Source: Saprolegnia diclina VS20
Lineage: Eukaryota
Length of the DNA stretch: 55,041 nt
NCBI RefSeq assembly: GCF_000281045.1
Contig: NW_008246080.1
Location: forward strand, 515,887 to 570,927
Direction: 5' to 3'
Part shown: positions 1-11,953 of the stretch, piece by piece
Layout: each line of letters begins with the position of its first letter
Numbering within the stretch: position 1 is the stretch's first letter
Notes under the pieces: generated by a model
Told to the model about the DNA's origin: nothing
Databases searched by the model: none
The model's input: only the letters and a program-made list of their open reading frames with translations
Position numbers and translations under genes: made by a program

Positions 1-428
1 CTAGAAGCAGAAGCAAAAAGCAGAGATGTTTGACTACCCCTAATGTAGCTAAAATAACAACAACCTCGTACGCAAGTGCTCACTTCAACACGAGATACAA
101 ATCGCGCCGTTCGGCGTGAAGGCGCGGCACGGGAGAGCGGAGCGTCGCACAAGGCGAAAGCTAACATGTCGACTAGAAGATCTAAACACACATGCCGATT
201 CAACGCGAGAGCCGACAAGAAGAGCTGGACGAGAGCCACCCTTTGAACGATTCTAACGGGTCTTCACTCGTAAATGGCGGCGGCCGGTGTTGCCAAACCT
301 GGCGCACCCCAAAAAGTGGTGACAAGCCATGGTGTTCCGACTCGGTCAACGCAGCGTTGATTGGTGCCACATCAGAATTCGGAATTCCATCCGAGTGCAG
401 CGACTTTGTCAGTTGCCAATCTTCCGCC

Positions 429-1331
429 ATGCCCCGCGAGACCTTCTACGCGCTGGTGTCGACCGATACCTTTGGCACGCAACACCGCGTCTACGTCAAG
501 CTCAAGACCACACGCAATGGAGAACAGTGGACGATGAAGCCACTGCAGACAGGCCGCACCATCGAGTCGGCGCGCTGCCAGCCCAACAACCTCACCACGG
601 TACGGCTAACGCATCACCGGGCGACGAAGTACCGACAACGTCACCTCGTCGACAAGGGCGAGGCCGAGTCGGGCGTAGGGACATACTTCCACGCGTACGT
701 CTGCGTGGCTCCTGCGCCGCGCCACGTGTGGCGCTACGGGCTCGTTTTCGACTTTTCTTGGTCCGAAAAGGGTGGCGGTNNNNNNNNNNNNNNNNNNNNN
801 NNNNNNNNNNNNNNNNNNNNNNNNNNNNNNNNNNNNNNNNNNNNNNNNNNNNNNNNNNNNNNNNNNNNNNNNNNNNNNNNNNNNNNNNNNNNNNNNNNNN
901 NNNNNNNNNNNNNNNNNNNNNNNNNNNNNNNNNNNNNNNNNNNNNNNNNNNNNNNNNNNNNNNNNNNNNNNNNNNNNNNNNNNNNNNNNNNNNNNNNNNN
1001 NNNNNNNNNNNNNNNNNNNNNNNNNNNNNNNNNNNNNNNNNNNNNNNNNNNNNNNNNNNNNNNNNNNNNNNNNNNNNNNNNNNNNNNNNNNNNNNNNNNN
1101 NNNNNNNNNNNNNNNNNNNNNNNNNNNNNNNNNNNNNNNNNNNNNNNNNNNNNNNNNNNNNNNNNNNNNNNNNNNNNNNNNNNNCCTCCGACGAGTTCCT
1201 TGTACTCGGTACGATCTCTCGCATTGTGCCACGTACTGACAATATTGGCTGTAGAACCCACGCCCAAGAAGCGCATTCGCACAACCGACGCTCCCGACCT
1301 CATGCTTGCTCGCGCCAGCGATATTACCTAG
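429..1331 (+). CDS. Hypothetical protein, interrupted by an assembly gap (~780-1184)
   Basis: ATG at 429 follows an Inr-like TCAGTT, and codon usage is GC3-rich up to the gap. No family recognised; the 3' end is uncertain. Confidence 0.35.
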   Translation: MPRETFYALVSTDTFGTQHRVYVKLKTTRNGEQWTMKPLQTGRTIESARCQPNNLTTVRLTHHRATKYRQRHLVDKGEAESGVGTYFHAYVCVAPAPRHVWRYGLVFDFSWSEKGGGXXXXXXXXXXXXXXXXXXXXXXXXXXXXXXXXXXXXXXXXXXXXXXXXXXXXXXXXXXXXXXXXXXXXXXXXXXXXXXXXXXXXXXXXXXXXXXXXXXXXXXXXXXXXXXXXXXXXXXXXXXXXXXXXXXXXXXXPPTSSLYSVRSLALCHVLTILAVEPTPKKRIRTTDAPDLMLARASDIT

Positions 1332-2014
1332 GAGACTGACACGCTCAAGTAGTAGGCGTTGCATAAACCCGCCCGTAGCGCACTTCCTGCAGGTGGCAAC
1401 GCTAAACCCTTAACTACATTATGAAACATCATGTGTATAGTCCGTGTGCGGATGCGAGATGCTGTCCCAGTACACTAGCATCTTTTTTAGGACAAAGACG
1501 CTGCGCTTTGGAAGACTTTTGATCTGACCCCATACGAGTGACGTCCATCCTCCCAACGACGAGCTAGTCCATTGACGTCTACTTCGTGGTGTGCTCGGAC
1601 TGGCCCACCACTGCTACAGGCCCGGTACTGTAGGGCAGTCATGAGCCATGAGCCGACGCAGTCGCTGCACTCGGCTCTCTTATGTCGAACCGATGCATCC
1701 GGATGTGGGCGTGGTACACATTGTGATCGGCACCGTCTCGGTCGTCGGCGGTTCCATGCATCGGGTTTGAAGCCAGCTCGTCCTGTGATCGACGGCCTTG
1801 GTGCTGTCGGCGTCTCGGGTGTCGGCGGAGACGGCGCATCTCGCCCTTGCTGCCTCCTGCACTGGCATCAATGACATTTCACCACACGAGCAGGTGGCAC
1901 CGACGAAGCGCGCACCCGCCTCTCTCGCTCTCTTGTCCCACTCGTTACACAGTCGACCTACAGTGTACACGACGGGCACGCTGCGACAGTTGTGTCATTT
2001 TCAGCATCCTTCTC

Positions 2015-3268
2015 ATGCTCGCCGAACGCAGCCTGTGCCTCAGCGTCGATGACATCCTGAGCGCCGAGAACTTCCAGCTCACGGCCACGGGCGAGTCGCG
2101 CTACTCGCTCGACACGGTCGGGTCCCTCATCTCGGCCGACGTGCCGCCGCACAACCCGTTCCGCGAGTCGCAGTCGTCGGCCGGGTCCGGCTGGAACACG
2201 AACGGCCATGACGGCTTGGAGTGGACCACCGCGCTCACGCGTCCCAACGATGACGACCTCTTCCACGTCCCGTCCGAAGACGTCTCGTCGACGTCGACCG
2301 CGTGGACCACGACCGCGTCGGCGACCGCCAAGACGACGCCGGCGACGCTCATATCCGTCTCGCCCATGGAGCTGCACTTTGACGCCAACTTGGCGCCCAA
2401 GCACACGCTTGAGATCGCCAATGTCTCGAAAGCGCAGTCGATTCTCTTCAAGATCAAGACGCCGTCGAAGTACCGGCAGCACTATGTCATCACGCCCAAC
2501 AAGGGCGTGCTCCGGCCGTTGAGCGCGCTCACCATCTCGATCGAAATTCCAAACCACGAAGCCAAGCGGCTTATTCAGACCAACACGCGCCAATGCACAA
2601 CCACATGGGCCCACCCCGTGAAGCTCGAGCTGCTCAAAGTGCACGACGACGTCTACGACCAGCTCGAGTGCATGGAGTACGACGAGCAGCAGCAGCTCCA
2701 CGCAACGCTATGGGCGGCCGCGGATACGTGGCGTCTCGACGAGAAGATGCTCACGTTCCACGTCAAATGCACGCGCCTTCTCTTCCTCGAAGCCGGCGTC
2801 TCGCCACTCGCGTCGCCGCTCCACGTGACCGGTACCACCAACCAGTTTGAGACGTGCCTCCACAGCCTGCGTCTCTACAGCCTCGAGAGCTCGGCCATTG
2901 TCTACTTGCACAACAAGGCGTCGTCGCCGGTCGCGTACAAGGTGCTCACGACCGCGCCGTCCCGGTACCGCATTTCGCCGTCGTTCCAGCTCGTGCCACC
3001 CAAAGCGCGCGCCGAGCTCCGCATTTGCTTTACGCGTACGTTTCAGAGCTCGGCGCGCCACCTCGGCGGCGCGGTCCGGTTGAAGGACACGCTGCGCATC
3101 GAAGCCATCGTGCTCACGGGCTTGACGCCGACGGTCGAAGTCGAGACGCGCCGCTCGAAAGACGACATCAAGCGCATCGTCCAGTCCATGTGGCCCACGT
3201 TTGACACGGACGTCAAGAGCATGACGTACATCTCGTGCATGGTCGACCTCGTCGTCGCGGCCGAGTGA
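2015..3268 (+). CDS. Protein with two MSP (major sperm protein/VAP-like) domains
   Basis: Intronless GC3-rich ORF with MSP-type motifs LEIANVSKAQSILFKIKTPSKYRQHYVITPNKGVLRP and YLHNKASSPVAYKVLTTAPSRYRISP. No C-terminal TM helix. Confidence 0.8.
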   Translation: MLAERSLCLSVDDILSAENFQLTATGESRYSLDTVGSLISADVPPHNPFRESQSSAGSGWNTNGHDGLEWTTALTRPNDDDLFHVPSEDVSSTSTAWTTTASATAKTTPATLISVSPMELHFDANLAPKHTLEIANVSKAQSILFKIKTPSKYRQHYVITPNKGVLRPLSALTISIEIPNHEAKRLIQTNTRQCTTTWAHPVKLELLKVHDDVYDQLECMEYDEQQQLHATLWAAADTWRLDEKMLTFHVKCTRLLFLEAGVSPLASPLHVTGTTNQFETCLHSLRLYSLESSAIVYLHNKASSPVAYKVLTTAPSRYRISPSFQLVPPKARAELRICFTRTFQSSARHLGGAVRLKDTLRIEAIVLTGLTPTVEVETRRSKDDIKRIVQSMWPTFDTDVKSMTYISCMVDLVVAAE

Positions 3269-4244
3269 GATAATTGCTCACGTCTGCCAGCGTGCAGTCG
3301 TAGTACCATAGTTCGTGGGTCTCTTCCCTTTGTAAATAATGCAACCGTGTCGTCGTCATCTTGTGGGTGCAGGCGATCGAAGCCAGGCATGTGCGGCTGA
3401 GGTTCCCACGACGGCTGGCCATCGCTTGTGAACGCAATCGTTGTGCCAGCACGTGGCCACCGCAAGGCGTGTGTGACTTACGATCGAAAGACCAACTGTT
3501 GGTGTGACCAGGATACCCTTTCTGGCGCAGCCACGTACGAGTCCACGTCACTGGACCGCCTGCAGTGAAACAGCAGCATCGTCGTCGATTGCAGTCCAAA
3601 GGCACTGTCATCACAAGAGCCAGATGCCATCATCACAGACCAAGACGGTGTTGATACCAGATATCAAAGTGGCGTCTGATCAGATCAGAACGATGGGCAT
3701 CGTTCGTGAAGCACTTCTAGTCGGTGCCGGCGGGTTACATCCCCACAGTAGAGCCGTCAACGCTGAGCTTGTTCGAGTATTTGCACTCCACCATAGCATC
3801 GCGCCGAGCCAGTGGTGCCACCAAGGCCATCAACATGACGGCGAATCTTAACGGACCGGGTGTCGTACACCGTACTGCAGCGTCCACATTGGCTCCGGGA
3901 CCGAAACACCTTTGCTTGGCTTGTCCAAGGGAGTAGAAGAAGGGTATTCCCTTGGTCTTGTCGGTACAAACGTTTCCATAGGCAAGCGTACTGCCTCGTC
4001 CTCCTCGACCATCGTAGAGACACGAGGTGACGTCGCGTCGCGTGACAGCAAAATCGAAGTGCATAACTTCGATCTTCGAATTCCGCGAGCCACCACCGAC
4101 AAGGTCCTGCGGCGGCGGTACCCTAGTCTTTGTATGCAAGCGAGCTCGTCGTGGACGTAGGACCACCTGCGGAGCGTGGAACGTTGTCCGATTAGACGAG
4201 TAATGCTGGGTGCTACTTGGGGCGCCAACCACACTACAATCGCG

Positions 4245-5513
4245 ATGGAGGTGGCGGCCACCGTGGCGCACAACATGCACGTCGTTGCTGCTGCCGTCGC
4301 CCGCGGCGACGACGACGTCGGCGCCATCGAGCAGCTCCTATTCGAGAACATTTCCCTTCTCGAGACCCTCGAGACGATCCGAGACCCAGGAAGCACGGTC
4401 CGGCGGCTGCACGACGCGTACGTGGTTCTTGCATGCACCATGCGCTCGTTGCCACAGATGCCGCGTGCGCTGGTTGCGATGGCCGAGCGCGGTGCGTCCT
4501 TGCTGGCTAGCTCTGCATCAACACCAACGATCAGTCCGGTGCGGGCCAACCCCCAGGACGAGGAAAGCAGTAGCCAAGTCGCTCCGTCGCCATCGCTCCG
4601 ACTAGAGCTGGACCCACCGGTCGTACTGGCACATCTCGACGCCAACCTGAGCCGACAGCAGTCGTTCACGCTCCGCAACCCGTCGAACAAAGTAGCGCTG
4701 ACCTTCAAGCTGCGCACGCCCAAGGCGCTTTGGCGACAAATCATCGTGACGCCCAACACGGGGCGACTCGGGCCGCACGAGTCGATCGCGATTGTCATCG
4801 AGCTCGCCGACGACGAAGTCGAATGGCTCACGTTTCGCTGCAGCGAGTATACAACGACAAAGACGTGGACGCATAAGCTCTTGGTCGAGTCGCGAGCAGA
4901 GGACGACGGCGACGGGGTGTCGTGTGCCAAGCAAGTCGGCCGCTTCAATATCAAGGCCACGCACCTCGGGCGGCTTTTGCCGCGGGCGCCGGCGCCGCGC
5001 CGCCTGTACCTGGCTTCGCCCCGGCTCGACTTTGCCTTTTGCACGGACGAAGAGACGCTGCAGTTCCATGCCTTTGGCAACACGTGTCTCTTTGACGTGC
5101 GCAACACGAGCAAAAGCGCGGCACTCGCCGTGAAATTCAAGACACTCTGTCCAAACCGGTACTCGATTGCGCCGCCGTTTCTCGTCTTGCCGCCCAGTAG
5201 CGCCCGCACGATCACGATCGCGCTCACTCGAAGTACGCGCAACCGCTTGTACGTCTACGAGAAGAGCCATCTCCAACTGCGCGACTGCCTCCGTGTTGAG
5301 AGCACGCTTGTGCCGTATTATGCGACGGTCGCGGCCGAGAAGTCGCGTTCTCCGAACGAGCTCGCCACTGTCCTCAACCTCGCGTGGCGCCACGTCCGCA
5401 AAGACGCCCTCCACATTGAGTACATTCCTTGCGCGTTTCGGTTTGCAATCGTATCGCCGCAAGCGTCTACGGGCGCCGGTTCAAGTCCACGACCACAGCC
5501 TTGTGCGGCCTGA
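4245..5513 (+). CDS. Protein with two MSP domains (divergent paralog of 2015-3268)
   Basis: Motifs FTLRNPSNKVALTFKLRTPK..IIVTPNTGRLGP and FDVRNTSKSAALAVKFKTLCPNRYSIAPPFLVLPP. The C-terminus (LRDCLRVE) parallels the neighbour (LKDTLRIE). Confidence 0.78.
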   Translation: MEVAATVAHNMHVVAAAVARGDDDVGAIEQLLFENISLLETLETIRDPGSTVRRLHDAYVVLACTMRSLPQMPRALVAMAERGASLLASSASTPTISPVRANPQDEESSSQVAPSPSLRLELDPPVVLAHLDANLSRQQSFTLRNPSNKVALTFKLRTPKALWRQIIVTPNTGRLGPHESIAIVIELADDEVEWLTFRCSEYTTTKTWTHKLLVESRAEDDGDGVSCAKQVGRFNIKATHLGRLLPRAPAPRRLYLASPRLDFAFCTDEETLQFHAFGNTCLFDVRNTSKSAALAVKFKTLCPNRYSIAPPFLVLPPSSARTITIALTRSTRNRLYVYEKSHLQLRDCLRVESTLVPYYATVAAEKSRSPNELATVLNLAWRHVRKDALHIEYIPCAFRFAIVSPQASTGAGSSPRPQPCAA

Positions 5514-6082
5514 ACCAAAACAAACAAAATACATAGAAAATGCAGTGTCCTTGTCGTCGCAAGTGCTCGTCGACACGCGTCGTTTCGCGCCAGTCGTCGT
5601 CCTTGGCAGGAGCAGGAACAGCCAGGGTTGGTGCCGGTCGTACGCTCGCAGATCGCTACGTAGCAACCTTCTTGTTGGCTGCGAGAAAAACCGAGGTTGA
5701 CGTCAGTTGAGGCAGGAACGTTGTCGATACGGTGGGCTCATACGTCGCTGGCCTGAGCTGCTGGCCATGGGAGGCTTGTGCTGGATTTGGGTTCGATTTC
5801 GGCGCGACACTTGGCCTTGCGTCTGACCACTGTGGTCGTGAGTCACTCGAGGGCGCTCTGTTGTGCATAAATACCGCGCTTCTGCGTGCGACGAAGATGG
5901 CCGACGACCTCGCGTCGGCGCTGCAGAAGCGGGTAGCGCGACGGCAAGGCGCTACTTGTCAAAAGTCATCCATCGAAGCGGGCGGTTGCCGTTGGGGAGC
6001 CGTTGCGGGCCAGCACGTTCGACGCTTGTCACGTTGCCACGTCACAGGCGACTGATTTTCCGAAACCCTGCCACCGAGAAAG

Positions 6083-6634
6083 ATGGTCGTGTCGCCAGTC
6101 TTGGAAACGATGGGTCTTGTCCAGAGCCTGCCGCGCGACGATAGCCGCCAGGTGCATCCGCTGGCCGCCTTCCCCGAGGCCTTCTGCGTCAAGCCCTCGA
6201 CCACCCAAGACCAAGGCGTCGTGTGCAGCCCGAGCAAGCATGTCGCGCTCACACTCGTGCCCGGCGCGTCGGCCATGGCGGTCGTCCACGTGACCAACCC
6301 GACCAAGTACCTCGTTGCGCTGCATCTCTCGGCGTCGCGCGACTTGTATGCGATCCGGCCAGCATATACGTGCCTGCCGCCGGGCCGGACGATCGCAATC
6401 GCGATCACTGTCTCGGCCGCCGAATGCCTCCGCGTGCTCAATGCGCCGGCCAAACCCGACACACTCACGCTCGCGACCGCGTCGTTCAAGGACGTGCCAG
6501 CCTATTTACACAGCCGGCTACAGACCGACGTGGTCCAAGACGTCTGGCAGCAAATTCCGCCAGAGTACATTACGGCGACGACGCTGCATGCCTCCTGCAG
6601 CCCGTGGACAACGGCGGCCGACGACGAGCCATGA
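6083..6634 (+). CDS. Single MSP-like domain protein; may have an upstream exon from ATG 5897
   Basis: VHVTNPTKYLVALHLSASRDLYAIRPAYTCLPPGRTIAIAITV fits the MSP fold pattern, and KPDTLTL..VQDVWQQ resembles the neighbours. Confidence 0.6.
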   Translation: MVVSPVLETMGLVQSLPRDDSRQVHPLAAFPEAFCVKPSTTQDQGVVCSPSKHVALTLVPGASAMAVVHVTNPTKYLVALHLSASRDLYAIRPAYTCLPPGRTIAIAITVSAAECLRVLNAPAKPDTLTLATASFKDVPAYLHSRLQTDVVQDVWQQIPPEYITATTLHASCSPWTTAADDEP

Positions 6635-6807
6635 CGCACGTCTTGTACCATCTTATTCGAAACCCTAATATATATATGTATATCGCATCCTCCATCGGGT
6701 GGCTGGCGGCGCAAGCGGCCGATCGACCACCACCCATGGCAGCGTCGGGCGTGCTGTACAGTGGAATAATGGCAGCAGAGAGACGAAGCGGGAGTTGGCC
6801 CGATCGC

Positions 6808-8157
6808 TTACGATGTAGGAAGGGGCGGCGCGGTCTTCGGGCCCTTGTTGGACCGTCGACCCTACGCCCATTGAGCATCAGCATTCGCAGGCAAGGTGTG
6901 TCGTGATGACGCATCCTACCTGACCACGACCGCCGTTGCCGTCGCCGCGACCGCCGTTGCCGTCTCCACGACCGCCGTTGCCGTTGCTGTCACCGCGACC
7001 ACCGTTGCCGCGAGGATGACTGCCGCCGTCGCCACCACCGCGGCCGCCTTCTGGCTTGGGCTTCTTTCCTCGGCCCGACCGGCTTCGCCCGCGACCACCA
7101 CGACCACCCTCGTCCGTCGGTGCAGGCGGCATCTCGAACGTCATAGAGGCAGCATTCAACGACGCGGGGAGCGGCGGCGGCAGGGGCGGAGCGGGCGCGC
7201 TTGCCACAGGGGCGGCCTTGGGCATGATGCGGAACATGCCGGGTTGAAGCTCGGGCTTGGGCTCGTCGACCACAGGCGCGCGGTCCTTGCGACGACGTTC
7301 GCGTTGCTTGCGTTGGCCTAAGCATATCCATGCATGAGCATCTTCTTTGTGCCAATTCGGGATGATGACGCACCCGTTTTGGTCGTGTCGGCCGCTGCAT
7401 TGACATCCATCATGTCGGTTGATGACGTCTTCTTGGACTTGCCCTTCTACGCAGCGTCATCATTCAGCCAAATGACAAGGATGTGGTCGGAGAGTACCTG
7501 TGCAGCCTTGTTGGGTTTCTGCGACTTGCCGTTGCGCCCAAACGTCATCGTCGACGCGCTTCGCAGCTAGTAGAACGCCACGTGTGCGGATGCTTGTGCG
7601 TCAGGAGAAGAGGGTGGTACCTTGGCTTTGCTGCGGCGCTCGTTCAAAAACTTGACGAGCGCAGGCACGGGCTTGGCCTCGGCGTCGTCGCCGTCGGCAA
7701 CCATCGGCTCGGGCACCGTCGGGTTCTCGAGCTCCTCGAGAAAGACCACAAACTCGGGGTCGCGCTCGTACGTGTTGACCTTGTTGTCGCGTCGCCGCTT
7801 CTCGCGGGGCAGTTTTTGGTTGGGCGCGACCGCCGCTTCGAGCACGGCTGCGACGCCATTGCTGCTTTCGACAGCCTTGCCGTTGAGCGCGGCAAGCACC
7901 TTGAGCAGCTCGTCCGGGTCCTTGCGAAAGTGCAGGTACAAGCGCGCGGGCATCGCAGGCATGCCATTCTTGGTCGGCTTGCCGGCTTCGAAGCGGTAGA
8001 AGGCCGGGCACGCCGCCTGGACCTCCTTGAGGCTGGGCTCACTAAGCGGCGCGTCGGCGTCAATGGGCGCCGGCAGCGGGTACCCGCAGAGACCGACGGC
8101 CTCGGCGCGGGTCGCGTCGAACGGGAGGTTGCGGACAATCAGCTTCTTCCAGTGCAT
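6808..8157 (-). CDS. UPF3: Nonsense-mediated decay factor UPF3 (Smg4/UPF3 family), ~4 introns, RGG-rich C-terminus
   Basis: KLIVRNLP...FYRFEAGK...ARLYLHF...LEAAVAPNQKLP...DNKVNTYERDPEFVVFLEEL matches the UPF3 RRM-like domain. The last exon reads GRRSNKGPKTAPPLPTS* after an intron at ~6919-6862. Confidence 0.85.
6922..7012 (-). repeat. Coding tandem repeat (~21-nt unit, GNGGRGD) in the UPF3 C-terminus
   Basis: Repeated accgccgttgccgtc-like units translating to NGGRGDSNGNGGRGDGNGGRGDGNGGRG. Confidence 0.7.
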
Positions 8158-9315
8158 CTTCCTGCTGCCGGCCGTTGAAAAGGGATTTGGCATGTAAAAT
8201 AGTGTTTCGATAACACGATTTCCGATAAGCAACAAAATGGTGTGGGGATCGTTTCTCTGTCGTTGACGGCAACGACAGTGGCGTCACTCGCGGCTCGATC
8301 TACTCCACACGTACTGTATCGGGCGCGACAAAAGATAGATCGGTCTCGTCCAAGCGTTGCGTAATTCTACATCTCGTCGGCTTCCTTCCATCGATCAGGC
8401 CAACGAGTAGCATGGCTTCGAGATATGCTTCACACTATTTCGGAAAGATATACGTATCCGGACGAACTTAACGCCACACAGAACTTACAACACGGTCGTT
8501 CGTGGCTCGGCAATCGGACCGAGGCCATGCCTTGGGCGACTTACCGCAAGGGTAATCTCAAAACCTCTGAAATGGCATATTTGACGTTGCAGTATGCGTT
8601 GTGGAAGACTTGGTGCAACACGCCCGCAGCTCACACCCGCGGGTCTTTGCAGCCGCGTCCTGTTTATGAGCCGACGCCGATGGCTGTCGATGCAAAGAAA
8701 TGGCACCGCACCGACAGTATTTCAGCGCTGACCATCTGGCTTCTGGCGATCGCAAAACGCCGATTTCGGTTCGGTCTTGGTACACTGTATTCGATGGGCG
8801 ACCCGGAGGGTGTGGCTGTGCAAGTCCACCACTCGCTACTGCCCATCCATCCCTCTTCCACTGCAATTGCCTTATCAAAGACGCAAAGTACGACGAAGGA
8901 CACGGCCAGCATCTCCGGAGAATTGGGCGGAAAGACGCTGCCGCCGCGACTGCGATATGCGCGCCGTACGCTTGCAAACACGGGAGGCGACACAATTCTG
9001 ACATTCAAGTTCGCGCTGGACGCTGGATGCGCGCACGCGTTGATTTGATTCGTCGACAGCTGGGCAGACCCGCCTGTCCGACGTGGGCGATGCCACTCTG
9101 TACTTGGCTAAGGGAATTTCGGAAGCCGAGATCCCACGGTCCATTGCGCACGCAGGTCACCCAGCTCGCTTTGCCACCTGGTGCCGCGTGCGACGTTCGG
9201 TGGCATGGATACGCCGCGCACGAAATACACGCTGCGCTGCTTTGCTTTCAATGCACCCAGGAATCGTCGCAGCACTTTTCGATTTCCGTTGGACCCACCA
9301 CCACTCAGACACAAG

Positions 9316-10086
9316 ATGGCCCCGAAAGTTGTGTCGGTCAACGACGTCATCCGCGCCATGTCCAAGGGCGACATCACCGTCACCAAGCCGACCGACCCGG
9401 CGCTCAAGAACACGTCGTCGGCCTCGAACGCCGAGCTCGAGAAGGAGCTGCTCAACTACGGCATCCACGCGGGCAAGTCGGAGCGCAAGTACCAAGAGCT
9501 TGTGCTTGGCATGGTCAAGGACGACATGTTCTGGGTCCGCAACTACTCGCTGCACCCGAACGCGCACCGCGTCCGCGGCTGGATCCGCCGTCACGACCGG
9601 TTCCGCGCCTGCATGCGCGAGATGGTCAAGATGATTGCGCGCATTCCCGACACGGCGTCGACGGCCCGCGCGCAGCTCGCGTACAACTTGGGCGCCAAGT
9701 TCAACGCGTTCCTGACCGAGCTCGACGACCACGGCAACTTTGAAGACGCCGAGCTCTTCAAGTACTTTATCGACAACATTGAGGGCTGCTGGGAAGACTT
9801 TGAGGAGCTCGAGGCGCAGCACGCCGACCACTCGATGACCGACCAGATCGTGCATCGGCTCGAGAAGCTCATCGCGGCCCAGGGCAACGTGAGCCAGGCC
9901 GAGCTCGTCGAGCTCCAGTACAACTTTTACCTCTTTTACCGCGGGTCGCTGGCGCACTTGGCGCTCGAAGAAAAGACGATTTTGCAAAAGTGGCTCAACT
10001 TGACGCCGCAAGAGTACCGCCATTTCCGCTCGTACCTCTCGTGGAAGCACATTCTGACGTACTACAAGTTCTTCAAGCTCCTGTAA
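9316..10086 (+). CDS. Hemerythrin/HHE cation-binding domain protein
   Basis: Intronless with strong codon bias. Ligand pattern H (IRRHDRFR) ... HxxxE (DDHGNFED) ... H (LEAQH) ... HxxxEE (AHLALEE). Confidence 0.8.
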   Translation: MAPKVVSVNDVIRAMSKGDITVTKPTDPALKNTSSASNAELEKELLNYGIHAGKSERKYQELVLGMVKDDMFWVRNYSLHPNAHRVRGWIRRHDRFRACMREMVKMIARIPDTASTARAQLAYNLGAKFNAFLTELDDHGNFEDAELFKYFIDNIEGCWEDFEELEAQHADHSMTDQIVHRLEKLIAAQGNVSQAELVELQYNFYLFYRGSLAHLALEEKTILQKWLNLTPQEYRHFRSYLSWKHILTYYKFFKLL

Positions 10087-10640
10087 GGAGCGAACGACTT
10101 ATCATTTAGCGAGTTAGGACCCTTATATATACCGTATTGTATTAACAACGACGAGTTTTGCGTGCACGCAGCAATCGAAGCTGCGGCGCCGCCTACAACA
10201 CCATATTCTTCTTCTTCCATTGCACTTTTCGTGAAGCGCCTCAAAGGATTCCCAGTGCCTTGTCACCGCTCCACCTCGAGCCGCTCGTACGTCAGCCAAA
10301 GCCACCGTCCATGCGCCAACTTGGCGGGGATCGGACTGCATGCTACTCTTGTGAATGGCCACTATGCTGCACATCGCTCGCAGCCTTCGTGCACGCATTA
10401 CGTACGACTGCTTTTCCGGTGTAGGTGGCCAGCGGGCACTTGACTGCCGTTCGCTGTTAGCTGTTAGGTTCGGAATCGCCAAAGTCGAATCCACGCACGT
10501 GTCGGGAGGATTGAGTAGCCGCCGACGTCCTACACTTTCGACAGAGTACTGTTCAAGTCGTGGACTGACGCGATCACCGGGCGTTGCACGAGGGGGATGG
10601 GTTGCAAAGCTATTTCGGGTCGTGTCGCAGCAACAGTAGG

Positions 10641-11837
10641 ATGATCTCGATCGAGATGCTCGTGAACGCGAGCAAGACGAGCGTCGCCAAAGACGAGTCC
10701 GCCGACCACTACCTCAAGCGCCTCACGCACCTTACGCTCACCAACAAGAAGCTGCACAGCATCGCCAACCTCGAACTGTGCCGGCATCTCAAGGTCTTTG
10801 AGCCACGATTTCGAAACGTGAGGGACGGTGTCGTAGGTGCTGTATCTCTACGGCAACCGGATCAAAACGATCGAGAACCTCGGGTTCGCGTCGCAGCTGA
10901 CGCAATTGCATCTCCAAGACAATCGCATCACGCGCATTGAGGGGCTTGACGCGCTCGTCAACCTTGAAAAACTGTACCTATGACGTGGCAGCGCCCACGA
11001 ACGAGCACCACATTGCACTTGCGTAGGTGTCTCGAAGGCAACCAGATCGCGCGGCTCGAGGGCCTGGAGCACTGCAGCAAGCTCACGGAGCTCCACTTGG
11101 CCAACCAGAGCGTATCGGCAGTTGGCTTTGCGTTGGACGATGCGTCATCGCTCGCGACGCTGAGCGTACGACGTCATCTGCTGTGCGCGTCTGAATGGCC
11201 TTTCGGTAGCGCTGCCTGCGCGTGCTCAACCTGGCCAATTGCAAAGTGCAACGCGCGTCACCGCTGGTGGTCCTTGGTCGTCTCGAACAGCTCAACCTGT
11301 CGCGCAATGCGATCAGCGACATGGAGGTACACACCGTGTCGGTTTGTTCATCGATAATAGCATGGACACGCATAGGACGTCTTTGCCCTCGTCGGGGGCC
11401 TCCGGTGCCTCCGCGACTTGAATTTGACTAACAACTATGTCAACGCGACGCCCAAGTACCGCGAAAACACCATCATCTTTTCCGGTGTCAACTTGCGTAT
11501 GCCTCGCACGTGGCGTCTGTTGGGATATGATCTTACTCTTTAGAGGTGCTGGATGCCAAGGACATTGACGCCAAGCAGCGGGCGATGATGCAGTCGCATC
11601 TGGCCTTCAAGCACAAGTACGTATCGTCTCTCTGTCGACGTCGATTCCCAGCTCCGACGCAGGAAACGCATCGAGAGAGGAAAGGGCGTGGTCGAACCCG
11701 AGGCGAACGTCTCGCTCAAGCCGACCGTGTCGATACCGATGAGCAAACGACTTGGCGGGTCGGACTTTGACGTGCTTGGGAGCGCCATCTCGCGCCCCCG
11801 TAGCAACAACTGCGACGAGCACGACGACGGATTGTGA
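10641..11837 (+). CDS. PPP1R42: SDS22-like leucine-rich-repeat protein, PPP1R42/LRRC67-like, ~6 introns
   Basis: Spliced product HYLKRLTHLTLTNKKLHSIANLELCRHLKVLYLYGNRIKTIENL...LTELHLANQ...PKYRENTI...LDAKDI follows the layout of PPP1R42. Confidence 0.7.
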
Positions 11838-11953
11838 GCTTGCCGTGTAAAACGTCAATTTCGACAATGTATGCATCATCTACATCGTACTATTGCGCCA
11901 AGGGCAAAACTCGAAAAGCAGAGAAACTAAAGTGTACAAGAAAGCTCGGCTGT

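Noticed and set aside
1..80. Faint similarity to 45010-45095 (GAAGCAGAAGCA...GACTRCCCC, DCPKC-like), suggesting a degenerate repeat
   Set aside because: Only about half of ~45 positions match and the sequence is low-complexity, so it is not distinguishable from chance by eye.
3848..5242. Long antisense ORFs overlapping real genes (also 9157-10050, 22867-23928, 25384-26319, 41412-42788, 49454-50626 and others)
   Set aside because: These are shadow ORFs expected from high GC3 codon bias; their products are Arg/Ala-rich with no motifs.
8425..9048. 207-aa ORF between UPF3 and the hemerythrin gene
   Set aside because: It lacks the GC3 bias of real genes here and has no recognisable motif.
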